Part shown: positions 30,055 through 41,843 of the stretch, in pieces
Layout of the letters: every line of letters begins with the position of its first letter
Numbering within the stretch: position 1 is the stretch's first letter
Source of the DNA: Abditibacterium sp.
GTDB taxonomy: Bacteria; Armatimonadota; Abditibacteriia; Abditibacteriales; Abditibacteriaceae
Direction: 5' to 3'
NCBI GenBank assembly: GCA_965199495.1
Contig: CBDASK010000003.1
Coordinates: 1,728,001-1,792,000 of the forward strand
DNA length: 64,000 nucleotides
The notes under the pieces: model-generated
Seen by the model: the letters and a program-made list of their open reading frames with translations, nothing else
The model's database searches: none
What the model was told of the DNA's origin: nothing
Translations under genes and position numbers: made by a program

Positions 30055-30459
30055 TTATTTATTCGCCACGCGCAGTCGCGCCCGCGCGCGTTGCAGCGAA
30101 TCGTTCGCACGTTCGCGTTGCATATTCTCGGTTTCGAGCTGGCCCGCCAGACGGCCTGTCGCGCGCGATTCGGCTTCGCGCGCGCGGTCGGCGTTGATGT
30201 CGCTGGCGAACTCGGCGCTGTCGGCCAACAGCATCGCGGTGTTGTTCGAGATTTGAAAAAATCCGCCGCCCACGAACAAACGCAGTTCGCGATTGTCGGC
30301 GTCGGTGATCTGCACCGTGCCCGGCGCCAGAGCAGCCACGAGCGGCGCGTGATTCGACATTACGCCGAACGAACCTTCGCTGCCGGGCAAAATCGCCGAT
30401 TGAACTTGGGCGTTGAAAATCTCGCGTTCGGGCGTGACGATTTGAAAATTATAGGGCAT
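30055..30459 (-). CDS. atpC: ATP synthase F1 epsilon subunit
   Basis: IVTPER, LPGSEGSFGVMSNHAPL, VGGGF, LADSAE. Confidence 0.95.
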   Translation of the reverse strand: MPYNFQIVTPEREIFNAQVQSAILPGSEGSFGVMSNHAPLVAALAPGTVQITDADNRELRLFVGGGFFQISNNTAMLLADSAEFASDINADRAREAESRATGRLAGQLETENMQRERANDSLQRARARLRVANK

Positions 30460-30469
30460 AATTGTAATC

Positions 30470-30564
30470 GTAGAGACACCGACTTATCGTGTCTAAGAAC
30501 ATCGGAGTTGCGGTGAACAAAAGCAACCCCGACATTCTTAGACACGACAAGTCGGTGTCTCTAC
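30470..30564. repeat. REPIN-like doublet (family B variant) between atpD and atpC
   Basis: GTAGAGACACCGACTTATCGTGTCT...AGACACGACAAGTCGGTGTCTCTAC. Confidence 0.88.
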
Positions 30565-30568
30565 GGGT

Positions 30569-32155
<1,587 letters not shown>

Positions 32156-32208
32156 TCATACAGCATTCGGCTCGTAATTTCAAAGGTGCGTTTACGTTTC
32201 ACATTCCC

Positions 32209-32305
32209 GTAGAGACGCAGATTTATCGCATCTAAAACATTCAATTTCCTTCAACGTCGCGAAAAACCAGAAGAGATTTTAGACGCGATAAATCTGCGTC
32301 TCTAC
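32209..32305. repeat. REPIN-like doublet, family B
   Basis: GTAGAGACGCAGATTTATCGCATCT...AGACGCGATAAATCTGCGTCTCTAC. Confidence 0.9.
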
Positions 32306-34443
32306 AAAGTCGCGCCCACCAATTCCCACAGCAACTGTTTCTCCGACGCGGGCATTTCGCCCTCCGACGGCGCGCCCAATAATGTGCCGTCCATAATGAC
32401 GGTTCCGCGTCCGAAATAACCCGCGACAACGACGGCTTTATCCGATTTCGCCTCGCGCGCCAAAACGGTCGCATCCGGCGTGGCTGCTATGATGACGTGA
32501 TCGCTGTAACCCTGCGTCACCGCGCCCGGCGTCACGTTCCAATTGTTGGCACCGACGATTATATTTTTGCCGTCCAAGCGTTCGACGCCGACGCCGATTT
32601 CGGGAAACAAACGCTGATGCCAACGATAACCGACGGCGTCATGCGTCAAAATCAAGCGCCCGCCGTCGCTGACATATTGGCGCAAATCACGGATAACATC
32701 GGGCGTCAAATCTTGCACATCGTTCAAATGCGGCACGATCAAAACTTTGGCGTTTTTCCACATTTCGGGTTTGAGCGCGTAAATTAATTCGGCGTCCACA
32801 TCGGGCGCATCTTTGAGCGCTTTCATTAAACCCGCGCTCGCCTGTCCGCCCGCATAGACAGCCACGGCGCGCTGGTCGGGCGCGAAATGCGGTGGCAGAG
32901 CGCGCGCTTTTAAATCGGACATCGCGCTTTCGCTCAAACCTTCGACGAACGGGCCGCGAATGGCGATTGGCCACGTTTTGCCGTTCGCGTCGGTCGCGGT
33001 GCCACGCAAAACCAATTGCGAAACGCCTGCAGCAACCGGAAATTCGTCGAGCGGTGTCAGGAATTGCGGGGAAAATTTGCCGCGACGCGACGAAACATCG
33101 GGCAATTCAATTGAGCCGCCCAAATTTGCCGTTTTGCCGCCGTTGTCGATTTCTAAGCGTGCGCTGGCGCTTTTCCACTCGCGTTGGTCTCCGGCGAATT
33201 CAACCGATACGAACATTTTGCCCCCACTCGCGAACGCCATCGGCGCGTCTTTGCGCTCGATGCCGCCAAGAACGCTCCACTGCGCGCGCGGCGCGCGATA
33301 ACTCGGAATCGCCGAAATCGCGTTCGCGGTTTTGATCGCCGCCAAAACCGCATCTATTTTATCGTCGTTGTAAGCAAACAAAACATATCCATCGGCGCCG
33401 TTTGCCCGCGCGATTTCGATTTGCCCCGCGACATCTTTTGGGTCTTTTATCAAATAATTCCCGATGCCCGCCGCGAACGCAATATGTCCGGCGACGCCCG
33501 GAATTTGCTCTTTCATATCGCTCTCGAAGCGCGCGTTGTCGGCGCTATAATCCATCGGCACCACGAAATCGAGCCAATTTTCGCGCGCCCATCTCGTCCA
33601 ATCTTGCTTGAGGGCCGCGCGATATTTACGATTCGCCCGCCACACCGCCGCCGAAACCATCACACGCGGCTTGCTCGCTTTGGTATTGGCATAAACGCGT
33701 TTAACCACGTCGTTGATATTCTCGCGCTCCCAGTCTTCGTATTCGGCTTTCAAGTGCCCCGAAAACACGTCGGCGGGCCAATTCGCGACTTTCATTCCGC
33801 GCGCTTTCTCGAACTCGAAGCGCGAAATTGGGCCGTAATCGAAATCGTAATTTTCTTTGCCGTCGCCGCCGATTTCGGTGTAGCGAATATAATCGAAATG
33901 CACGCCGTCCACATCGTAGTTGTCCACCAATTCTTTCATCACGTCGACTTCCAATTGTCGATTGCGCGGGTCGCCCGGATTAAGCGCCGTCGTTTGCACG
34001 CCGTTCACATCGCGCATCAAGCGGTCATCGGCCTTCATTTGGGTGAACATCGCGGCTGGCCCCTTCCCCGCGCGCATTCCGGCGCTGGCGTTGAAATTGA
34101 CTTTCCACGCATGAAATTCCAGCCCATTTCGATGCGCCGCCTCAATCATCGTTTTGAGTTCGTCGGTTCCTTTGCCGTCTTTCCACGCATCGGCGGCCCA
34201 ACCGTCCATCGGCAAAATCTTGGACGGATAAAGCGCATTCACGCCGCGCGCCACGCGCACGAACACGCAATTCAAACCGGCGTCGGCGATCTTTTTCATC
34301 ACGACATCCCAAGGTTGCGGGCTGTAAGTGTGAATCCAGATGCCGCGAATTTCGGGCGTCGCGGTTTCGCCTTGGGCGTGGCTCCAGTGTGGGGCGACTC
34401 CCGACAAAACGAACAACATCAACAATAAAATGAATTTCTTCAT
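32302..34443 (-). CDS. Secreted glycoside hydrolase, GHL10/DUF187 (YddW-like), with C-terminal domains
   Basis: Signal peptide MKKFILLL; EIRGIW, LYPSKILP, GLEFHAW, LNPG, YDVDGVHFDYIRY, QDW..W...LDFVVPMDY. Confidence 0.85.
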   Translation of the reverse strand: MKKFILLLMLFVLSGVAPHWSHAQGETATPEIRGIWIHTYSPQPWDVVMKKIADAGLNCVFVRVARGVNALYPSKILPMDGWAADAWKDGKGTDELKTMIEAAHRNGLEFHAWKVNFNASAGMRAGKGPAAMFTQMKADDRLMRDVNGVQTTALNPGDPRNRQLEVDVMKELVDNYDVDGVHFDYIRYTEIGGDGKENYDFDYGPISRFEFEKARGMKVANWPADVFSGHLKAEYEDWERENINDVVKRVYANTKASKPRVMVSAAVWRANRKYRAALKQDWTRWARENWLDFVVPMDYSADNARFESDMKEQIPGVAGHIAFAAGIGNYLIKDPKDVAGQIEIARANGADGYVLFAYNDDKIDAVLAAIKTANAISAIPSYRAPRAQWSVLGGIERKDAPMAFASGGKMFVSVEFAGDQREWKSASARLEIDNGGKTANLGGSIELPDVSSRRGKFSPQFLTPLDEFPVAAGVSQLVLRGTATDANGKTWPIAIRGPFVEGLSESAMSDLKARALPPHFAPDQRAVAVYAGGQASAGLMKALKDAPDVDAELIYALKPEMWKNAKVLIVPHLNDVQDLTPDVIRDLRQYVSDGGRLILTHDAVGYRWHQRLFPEIGVGVERLDGKNIIVGANNWNVTPGAVTQGYSDHVIIAATPDATVLAREAKSDKAVVVAGYFGRGTVIMDGTLLGAPSEGEMPASEKQLLWELVGATL

Positions 34444-34478
34444 GGAATTTTCGCGGGCATCGCGCCGCGAGAACAATT

Positions 34479-35501
34479 TCAATGAGCGCGCCAAGTCCAT
34501 TTCTCGTCCGCGCTCATTGCGCGTTCGATTTGCGTTTGCGCATTGGGATGCAATCGCAAAATGCCGTCTTTTTCGCTGCGCACGCGCACTTCGACAACCG
34601 CGCCGCCTTCGACACTCGCGCCGACGATAAATGCGCCCGCGCAACCAACGCCATCGAAACTCAGTTCGCTCCATGCGGGCGCAATCGCGGGCATAACGTG
34701 AATGCCATCGCTTTGCGATTGCACTAACAATCGGGTGAACGCCGCAAGGAAATCTAAGGTTGCATCCGTCGTGGCGCTGGCCTGGGCTTGTTTGAACAAC
34801 GCGGTATTCCATTGCCTTTGCAATTCTGCATTGGGCCAACGGACGCACGGCGCCGCGCGCCAGAATTGCTTCCAGTAATAAATCGGATTGATGTCGGGTT
34901 TGCGGCGCGCCCGCGAAACGGCGGCGCGCGCGGCCTCTTCGGTTTCGCCGCGCGCCGTGGCGAGGAACAACAAACCGTCGCGCTCGCGCACCATGGTCAC
35001 CAAACTTTCGTCGGCGTCCATTTCCCAAACCAAGCCGCATCCGTCGGCGATTTGAATTTCGAGCGGCGCCGAAATTTCGCGTTGCTCCAACGTTTCGCGG
35101 TTCGCTTGCCCGTCCGAACGCAGCAGCCACGGCGCGCCGCTGGCTCCATCCACCCACGCGATTTCTTCGTCCATCGCGCACTCGATGGAAACGGCGCGCC
35201 CCTCGCTGAGCGCGATTTGCAAAATTCCGTCGGGCCCCAGCGTTGCTGTGAGCGGGCGCGCTTCCTCGGCAAAGCGCAATTCCAAAATCGAACTGCCAAT
35301 TGGAAGTTGCCCGCGCGAATCTTCGTTTTCGAGTTCGGCGTCGCCAAAACCGGCGCGCATGATGGTCACACACAAACTTTCGTCGCCCCACACCGAAATT
35401 TTGAGAGTCCCGTTGCCTAACGTGATACCGCACTGCGGGCGCGCGAGCGGAAAGTCAAAGCGAATTTCGGGCGAAAAAGGGAAATTAAACACGCGATGCA
35501 A
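34479..35501 (-). CDS. Hypothetical protein with GH95-like N- and C-terminal remnants
   Basis: LGNGTLKISVWG near the N-terminus; LLVQSQSDGIHVMPAIAPAW...F.G....GAF.V...VRSEK at the C-terminus. Confidence 0.5.
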   Translation of the reverse strand: MHRVFNFPFSPEIRFDFPLARPQCGITLGNGTLKISVWGDESLCVTIMRAGFGDAELENEDSRGQLPIGSSILELRFAEEARPLTATLGPDGILQIALSEGRAVSIECAMDEEIAWVDGASGAPWLLRSDGQANRETLEQREISAPLEIQIADGCGLVWEMDADESLVTMVRERDGLLFLATARGETEEAARAAVSRARRKPDINPIYYWKQFWRAAPCVRWPNAELQRQWNTALFKQAQASATTDATLDFLAAFTRLLVQSQSDGIHVMPAIAPAWSELSFDGVGCAGAFIVGASVEGGAVVEVRVRSEKDGILRLHPNAQTQIERAMSADEKWTWRAH

Positions 35502-35505
35502 CCGG

Positions 35506-37935
35506 TTAAAGCTCGATCAAATGGCCCGACGTTTTATCACCGATCAACCGTTTGAGCGCCAACTCCGCCGAAATCAATTGTATCGGCATACCGATGCCCG
35601 GATTGGTATCGCCGCCGACATAAAGCAGATTCTCGACTTTCTTCGATTGATTATTGGGCCGCAAAATCGCGGTCTGTTGAATCGTGTGAGCCAATCCCAA
35701 AGCCGTGCCACCCAACTTGTTGTAATGCGTGGTGAAATCTTTCGCCGAAAACACGCGCTTATATAAAATACGTTCGCGCAAATCGGGAATGCACATCTCT
35801 TTGGCGATAATATCTAACATTCGGTTCGATTGTTCTTCTAACTCGGCGTCGGTATAATCCATACGAGGCGGAATCGGCACCAAAACAAATAAATTCTCGT
35901 CGCCTTCTGGTGCCACGGTCGGATCGGTTTTCGAGGGCGCGCAGATATAAAGTGACGGCTCGGACGGCCACTGCGGTGTATCGAAGATTTCGCCAAAGTT
36001 CTTTTTCCAATCGGTCGAAAACAATAAATTATGATGCGTCAAAGAATCAACTTTACCTTTGACACCCAAATACATAATAAGTGCCGAAGGTGCCAACGTG
36101 CGCTTGTCCCAGTATTTGTCCGAATGATCGCGATAAGGTTTCGGCAACAGGCTTTCGGTATGGTGAACCGGCGCATTAGAAACGACGATGTCGGCTTCCA
36201 AAATTTCGCCATCTTCGAGGGTCACGCCCTTCACCTTCGGGCCGCGTTTAGTGTTGATCGTTTTAACGCCAACGCCTGTGCGATACTTGACGCCATTCTT
36301 CTCGCCTATCTGCTTTAAAGCGAGCGGAATTTGGTGAATGCCGCCCTGCGGATAAAACACGCCCATATTAAAATCAATATGCGACATGATATTATATAAA
36401 GCGGGCGTATTGTATGGTGAAGAACCTAAGAAAACTAAAGTGTATTGCATCACTTTTTGCACTTCGTCAGTGCTAAAATGTTTGGCGACGTAATCGCTCA
36501 TTTTGGCGAAAACTTCCAATTCGCGGCCTTCGGTGGCGACTTGTTTGTTCAAAAAGTCGGTGACGTTATCGTAGTTTTTATACATGAAACCGCCCAGCGC
36601 GATTTCATATTGATACTTCGATTTCTCCAGATACTCTTTCAGTTTCGGGCCGGAACCGGGTTCGAGCATCTCGAAAGTCGGCAGGTCGCGCTCTAAATCC
36701 GAGTAGAAATCCAATGAGCGGCCTTTGCCCTGAAAGAAAATGCGATAGGATGGATCGAGCTGCGTCAAGTCCAAATAATCCTCGACTTTTTCGCCCAATA
36801 ACTCGAAATAGTTTTGGAAAACATCGGGCATCAAATACCAGGATGGCCCCATATCAAAGGTGAAACCTTCGGCTTCAAACTGGTTAGCCACGCCGCCCAA
36901 TTTGTCGTTTTTTTCTAAAACGGTGACATCGTAGCCAATCTTTCCGGCCAAAGCCGCGAACGCCAAACCGCCGATGCCGCCACCAATTACAATAAGTTTC
37001 TGATTCATGTTTTGTTCCCGACGCTCGGCACTCGTCAATTGATGCCGCAAATTTCCCTGACTCAAAGCGCGCGCCGCGCGCAACAACGCGACCTTCTCCA
37101 CGCCCGACGTGGCTGCTCGATTGGTAAAAGGATCGAAATCCTGCGCTTGCAACTTATCCAAAATCGCGCGATATAACGTCGAAGCCGACGAGACCGCGAA
37201 ACGCCCTTCTTTATTCAACAACTTGATTCCTTTGTTCGCCTCGTCATACAGCTGATGCGCCCGCTCGACTTGGAACTGCATGAACTCGCGAAATGCGGGA
37301 GAAAACTTTCGCTGTGCGATGTCTTCGTCGCTCAAACCAAATTGTTTTAACTCATCTTGCGGCATATAAACGCGGCCACGCTGCTGATAATCTTCGTCTA
37401 TATCGCGCAAGAAGTTGGTGAGCTGCATGGCATTTCCCAACTGAATCGCATAACTTAAAGTTTCTGGCTCGCTAAAACCGATAATATGCGACATCATTAA
37501 ACCAACACAAGAGGCCGATCCATACATATACCGTTCCAAATCTTCATAGTCGGCATAGCGCGTTTGCTCGGTGTCTTGAATCATCGCATGGAGAAACGAT
37601 TGCGAATACTCGAACGGCACACCATATTTATGAAAAATATGCGCGGCAAAATCGAGAATCTGGTCGCCCGAATCGCCAGTTTGATAAGCGTTTTTCCACG
37701 TTTCTAAAAAGTCGAGCAATTGCCCGCGCACAGCCGCAATTTCGTCCGGTGTTTCTTGCGGCGAATTATCCACGATTTCGTCGGGCAAACGCACGAACGC
37801 ATACAGCGCGCACGTCGCTTCCTGCAATTCACGCGGAAAAAGCCGCGTCGAAAAATAGTAGCTTTTGCCGTGCTGCTTTAAAAGCGCGCGCGCGGCGCGG
37901 TAAGCGGCGGAAAAATCGCGGGGAGAATCGGACAT
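35506..37935 (-). CDS. Phytoene synthase-phytoene desaturase in-frame fusion (CrtB-CrtI)
   Basis: CrtB part: KSYYFS, LYAFVRLPDEIVD, AMQLTNFLRDIDED, GRVYMP. CrtI part from Met at 37008: VIGGGIGGL, FDMGPSW, YPQGG, HHNLLF, PGIGMP. No stop between the two. Confidence 0.9.
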   Translation of the reverse strand: MSDSPRDFSAAYRAARALLKQHGKSYYFSTRLFPRELQEATCALYAFVRLPDEIVDNSPQETPDEIAAVRGQLLDFLETWKNAYQTGDSGDQILDFAAHIFHKYGVPFEYSQSFLHAMIQDTEQTRYADYEDLERYMYGSASCVGLMMSHIIGFSEPETLSYAIQLGNAMQLTNFLRDIDEDYQQRGRVYMPQDELKQFGLSDEDIAQRKFSPAFREFMQFQVERAHQLYDEANKGIKLLNKEGRFAVSSASTLYRAILDKLQAQDFDPFTNRAATSGVEKVALLRAARALSQGNLRHQLTSAERREQNMNQKLIVIGGGIGGLAFAALAGKIGYDVTVLEKNDKLGGVANQFEAEGFTFDMGPSWYLMPDVFQNYFELLGEKVEDYLDLTQLDPSYRIFFQGKGRSLDFYSDLERDLPTFEMLEPGSGPKLKEYLEKSKYQYEIALGGFMYKNYDNVTDFLNKQVATEGRELEVFAKMSDYVAKHFSTDEVQKVMQYTLVFLGSSPYNTPALYNIMSHIDFNMGVFYPQGGIHQIPLALKQIGEKNGVKYRTGVGVKTINTKRGPKVKGVTLEDGEILEADIVVSNAPVHHTESLLPKPYRDHSDKYWDKRTLAPSALIMYLGVKGKVDSLTHHNLLFSTDWKKNFGEIFDTPQWPSEPSLYICAPSKTDPTVAPEGDENLFVLVPIPPRMDYTDAELEEQSNRMLDIIAKEMCIPDLRERILYKRVFSAKDFTTHYNKLGGTALGLAHTIQQTAILRPNNQSKKVENLLYVGGDTNPGIGMPIQLISAELALKRLIGDKTSGHLIEL

Positions 37936-37980
37936 AGGAGAGCGGCGCGCGAAGTTGCAAACTCGTCGCCGCGTCACAGT

Positions 37981-38775
37981 TTATTTCGCAATGTTCTCCA
38001 ATTCGTCCATTTCTTCCAAGTCTTTCTTCTGCTTGATCGTCACGAAAAAATCGGGGTCTAAACTCGGCGCGATCACGGCTTTGCCGGGCGAAACCGGTAA
38101 ATCGCGCCCGAAATCGCATTGCGCTTTGATTACACACTCGCCGCATTTGGGCCCGCCATTGCCGTCGGCGCGACAGCACACGCGTCCGTGCGCGATCATG
38201 TTGATGTGCAAATCCAATTTGTATGCGTCGGGCACCAAACTTTTACAAACGCGATGCGCTTCGTCAACACTCGCTTTCTCGCGAATCCAGCCCAACCGCC
38301 GCAAAATCCGAAAGACGTGCGTATCCACGGCAAACGCCGGTTTGTCGAGAAAGAACATCAACACACAGGCGATAGTTTTCGGCCCGACGCCGTGAAATTG
38401 ATTAAGATATTTTTCGCATTCATCGGCGGATTTGTCGTGCAAAAACGACAGATCGAAATCGCCCTGCTCTTCCCAGATTTGCCGCAGAATCTCTTTGATG
38501 CGCGCCGCCTTTTGATTGGCCAAGCCGCCGCACCGAATCGCATCGGCGATTTTTTCGGTCGGCGCGTCCAAGGCCAACTTCCAGTCGGGAAACGCCGCTT
38601 TGAGCGAAGTAAACGCGCGGTCGGTATTAATATCGTTGGTGGCCTGACTAAGTAGAATCAGAATTAAACCGTCGAGCGGATCGCGCGGGGACGGCGTGCG
38701 ATGGCCGAATTTTTCCAGTAATTTTTCGTGAACGATGCGCACGGTTTCGGGCGCGATGACGGGGTTTTCGGGCAT
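37981..38775 (-). CDS. nth: Endonuclease III-like HhH-GPD DNA glycosylase
   Basis: LLSQATND, GLANQKA, GVGPKT, VDTHVFR, HGRVCC...PKC..C.....C (4Fe-4S). Confidence 0.85.
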   Translation of the reverse strand: MPENPVIAPETVRIVHEKLLEKFGHRTPSPRDPLDGLILILLSQATNDINTDRAFTSLKAAFPDWKLALDAPTEKIADAIRCGGLANQKAARIKEILRQIWEEQGDFDLSFLHDKSADECEKYLNQFHGVGPKTIACVLMFFLDKPAFAVDTHVFRILRRLGWIREKASVDEAHRVCKSLVPDAYKLDLHINMIAHGRVCCRADGNGGPKCGECVIKAQCDFGRDLPVSPGKAVIAPSLDPDFFVTIKQKKDLEEMDELENIAK

Positions 38776-38863
38776 TATTGGGCGTGCGGCAAAGGACGGG
38801 CCGAGATCAAGCGCGACTTGAAGTAGACTGCCTGATTCTGGAAGTCGCAATTAGAAAACTGAT

Positions 38864-39169
38864 ATGAAAAACCTCACCGAAGTCAATGCCGCCACCAAAA
38901 TATGCGCCGATATGCACCGCAAACATCCGGGGGGCGTTTTGATGACCACGCACGACTTCCAGCGCACCGCGATGCAGCAGTTCCAAACCGAATTCGCGCT
39001 CGATTTGCTGCCTTACATCAAAGAAAAAGACGCGCTTCAAGCCTTTACGCTGGAGTTTGGCAAGTGGCTCACCCATTATTTGATGGGCCACGCCACCAAA
39101 ACCGGGCGCGTCAAAACGAAAAATCTGCGCGGCGACATGACGGACAACCAGCAGTGGCACATCCCGTAA
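38864..39169 (+). CDS. Hypothetical protein
   Basis: 101-aa ATG ORF filling the intergenic gap, with host-like codon usage. Confidence 0.6.
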   Translation: MKNLTEVNAATKICADMHRKHPGGVLMTTHDFQRTAMQQFQTEFALDLLPYIKEKDALQAFTLEFGKWLTHYLMGHATKTGRVKTKNLRGDMTDNQQWHIP

Positions 39170-39176
39170 ATCCGCT

Positions 39177-39821
39177 TTATAAAGCGCGTAGCGAGCGCAC
39201 GAGTTCAATCGAACGCGAATATAATTCGGCGTTTGGCCCGTCGGAATCGGCGAAAAATGCGGCTTCGAGTTCGTTTTCGAGGCGCGATGATGTCGCCCAA
39301 TGTTGTGCGGTTGGAGTATCCGGCCAATTGACCATCCATAACCAACGGGCAAGTGCGGGCAAATCGGCGTCGAGCCAAAGTTCGAGATGCGGCGCTAAAT
39401 CTTCTCCGACTTTGATAAGGAAATCGAGCGGCGGTTCGCCGCCATATTTCGCTAACGCTTCTCTTGTCCACGCCAAGAAAACTGCGCGCAACGCCACGAT
39501 TTCGGGCGCGGGCCAGGTCAGCCACTTCGTGTATTCGAGAGTTCCTTCCAGACGCCATTCATCCCACCAAAATTTGAAGTTTGTATCGGTTGCGTCGTCG
39601 CGCATCAACTCTAACCAACGCGGCAAAAAATGACGAAGCACATCCGCCTCAAGAAGCCGAACTTCCAAGTCGTTATCGTAACTGAGTTGGCACCAGTCAT
39701 TAACGCTCAAATTGCGCGGCCAATGCGGAACACCGTGCGCGTAAATAAAATCGCGCGGCGCATTATAACACGCGAAAACATCGTAAGCGTTGTCGAGCGC
39801 GTGGCGAAGTTCGGGCGTCAT
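39177..39821 (-). CDS. Hypothetical Trp-rich protein
   Basis: 214-aa ORF containing LRHFLPRWLEL; no recognisable family. Confidence 0.65.
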   Translation of the reverse strand: MTPELRHALDNAYDVFACYNAPRDFIYAHGVPHWPRNLSVNDWCQLSYDNDLEVRLLEADVLRHFLPRWLELMRDDATDTNFKFWWDEWRLEGTLEYTKWLTWPAPEIVALRAVFLAWTREALAKYGGEPPLDFLIKVGEDLAPHLELWLDADLPALARWLWMVNWPDTPTAQHWATSSRLENELEAAFFADSDGPNAELYSRSIELVRSLRAL

Positions 39822-39949
39822 ATCCGAAAATTTAAGCGTTATAAAGCGCGCAACGAGCGCAGGCGCGCTTCGGTTTCGGGCGGTAGTTCGAGGTTGAGCG
39901 TGATGAAATTTATTTACCTCGTTAAACAGTGCTACTCATCTACGATTGC

Positions 39950-40510
39950 TTATGACGTTTTCTGCTTTTTCGCGGGCGCGTCTTCGTAGAGATAAAACGG
40001 TTCGTTCAACCCAGCAATTTCGTCGAGAACGAACAATTGGCCGAAATAAGAATAAACGCCGCGCACGCGGAATTTGAGACGCATATCGGGTTCGGGCGTA
40101 ATCATCACCGAACCGTTCTCGGTTCTATCCACTTCGGCGATGGTGTAGAGGTACTTCGTCTTATGCAAAACGAGCGCGGAAGGTTTGTCGGCGTTTTCGC
40201 GCGTGTCTTCCCAACCGATGCGGTGCGGCGCGTTGTCGAGCGGCACGTCGTAAGAGTAAAAGCGCACGCCTTCAGTCTTGGGAACATCGTCGGGTTTGTC
40301 CAACAGATCGAAGGCGATTTCTAATTTGATCTCATCTGTGGACGCGCCGGGCAAAAGTTTGAGCGCCATGCCCGGTCGCCAGTTTTTCGCGACAACCTCT
40401 GGGCGTGGCCGCTCGAATTGAGCCTGCGCGATTTTAGCTTGTCCTATAAACGCGAAGCCGAGCAATGCACTCAAAACCATACGTTGCGACAATTTGATAA
40501 TTGGAAACAT
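39950..40510 (-). CDS. Hypothetical secreted protein
   Basis: Signal-peptide-like N-terminus ending AQA. Confidence 0.65.
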   Translation of the reverse strand: MFPIIKLSQRMVLSALLGFAFIGQAKIAQAQFERPRPEVVAKNWRPGMALKLLPGASTDEIKLEIAFDLLDKPDDVPKTEGVRFYSYDVPLDNAPHRIGWEDTRENADKPSALVLHKTKYLYTIAEVDRTENGSVMITPEPDMRLKFRVRGVYSYFGQLFVLDEIAGLNEPFYLYEDAPAKKQKTS

Positions 40511-40524
40511 AGCCGTTGATTGAG

Positions 40525-40556
40525 AAAAAGGCGCGGAGTTAATCTCCGCGCCTTTT
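40525..40556. terminator. Intrinsic terminator after icd
   Basis: AAAAAGGCGCGGAG-N5-CTCCGCGCCTTTT. Confidence 0.75.
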
Positions 40557-40559
40557 AAT

Positions 40560-41786
40560 TTAGCTCATGTGTTCGATGATATTATCGCCGAACTCGGAGC
40601 ATTTGATTTTGGTCGCACCGTCCATCAAGCGCGCGAAATCATACGTCACGCGTTTGCTGGCGATGGCGCCGTCCAAGCCTTTGATGATCAAGTCGGCGGC
40701 TTCGCCCCAGCCCATGTAACGCAGCATCATTTCGCCGCTTAGCACGACCGAGCCGGGATTGACTTGATCCAGACCGGCGTATTTGGGCGCGGTGCCGTGT
40801 GTCGCCTCGAAAATCGCGGCGCCGGTGATGTAGTTGATGTTGCCGCCGGGCGCGATGCCGATGCCGCCGACCTGCGCGGCCAAAGCGTCCGACAGATAAT
40901 CGCCGTTGAGGTTCAAAGTCGCGATCACGTCGAAATCTTCGGGGCGCGTCAACACTTGCTGCAAAGTGATGTCGGCGATGGCGTCTTTAATCACGATGCC
41001 GCCCGGCAATTTGCACCACGGGCCGCCATCAATTTCGACGGCGCCGAACTCGGCCTTGGCGACTTCGTAACCCCAATCGCGAAAGGCGCCTTCGGTGAAT
41101 TTCATAATGTTGCCCTTGTGGACAAGCGTCACCGATTTTTGGTTTTGGTCAATGGCGTATTGAATCGCCGCGCGCACCAAACGCTTGGTTCCGGCCTCGG
41201 AAACTGGCTTGATGCCGACGCCGACGCTGTTGATGTCGTCGGCGCCAAAGCGGATTTTCTTGAACTCTTTGGGCAAGTTCGCTTTGATATATTCGAGCAA
41301 ACCGACGGCTTCGCTCGAACCGGCTTCAAAGTCAATTCCGGCGTAAATATCTTCGGTGTTCTCGCGGAAAATCGTCATGTCCACCTTTTCCGGTGCTTTC
41401 ACGGGCGAAGGCGTGCCCTGAAAATATTTGACCGGGCGCAAGCAAACATACAAATCGAGAATCTGACGCAGCGCCACATTCAGACTGCGAATGCCGCCGC
41501 CGACCGGCGTAGTGAGCGGGCCTTTGATGCCCACGAGATATGCGCGAAAAGCCTCGACGGTTTCGTCGGGCAACCAGTTGCCGGTCTGGTCGAAAGCGGT
41601 TTGTCCGGCCAGAACTTCGTGCCACTCGATCTTGCGCTCGCCCTTGTAGGCTTTTTCGACGGCGGCATCGAAAACGCGGACAGACGCGGCCCAGATGTCG
41701 GGGCCAGTGCCATCGCCCTGCACGAAGGGAATTGTCGGGTTGCTGGGAACTTGAAGCAGTTCGCCATCTTTGGTGATTTTAGCCAT
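40560..41786 (-). CDS. icd: NADP-dependent isocitrate dehydrogenase
   Basis: [64 protein letters not shown]. Confidence 0.98.
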   Translation of the reverse strand: MAKITKDGELLQVPSNPTIPFVQGDGTGPDIWAASVRVFDAAVEKAYKGERKIEWHEVLAGQTAFDQTGNWLPDETVEAFRAYLVGIKGPLTTPVGGGIRSLNVALRQILDLYVCLRPVKYFQGTPSPVKAPEKVDMTIFRENTEDIYAGIDFEAGSSEAVGLLEYIKANLPKEFKKIRFGADDINSVGVGIKPVSEAGTKRLVRAAIQYAIDQNQKSVTLVHKGNIMKFTEGAFRDWGYEVAKAEFGAVEIDGGPWCKLPGGIVIKDAIADITLQQVLTRPEDFDVIATLNLNGDYLSDALAAQVGGIGIAPGGNINYITGAAIFEATHGTAPKYAGLDQVNPGSVVLSGEMMLRYMGWGEAADLIIKGLDGAIASKRVTYDFARLMDGATKIKCSEFGDNIIEHMS

Positions 41787-41843
41787 GAAGATAGAGTTTT
41801 ACCAAAATGGCGCGGTGAGGTTAGTTTTGTGACTATGCCTCCT

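Noticed and set aside
34444..35433. N-terminal 330 aa of the 1043-aa ORF 32302..35433
   Set aside because: Arg-rich shadow frame overlapping 34479..35501; the real protein starts at the signal peptide MKKFILL (34443).
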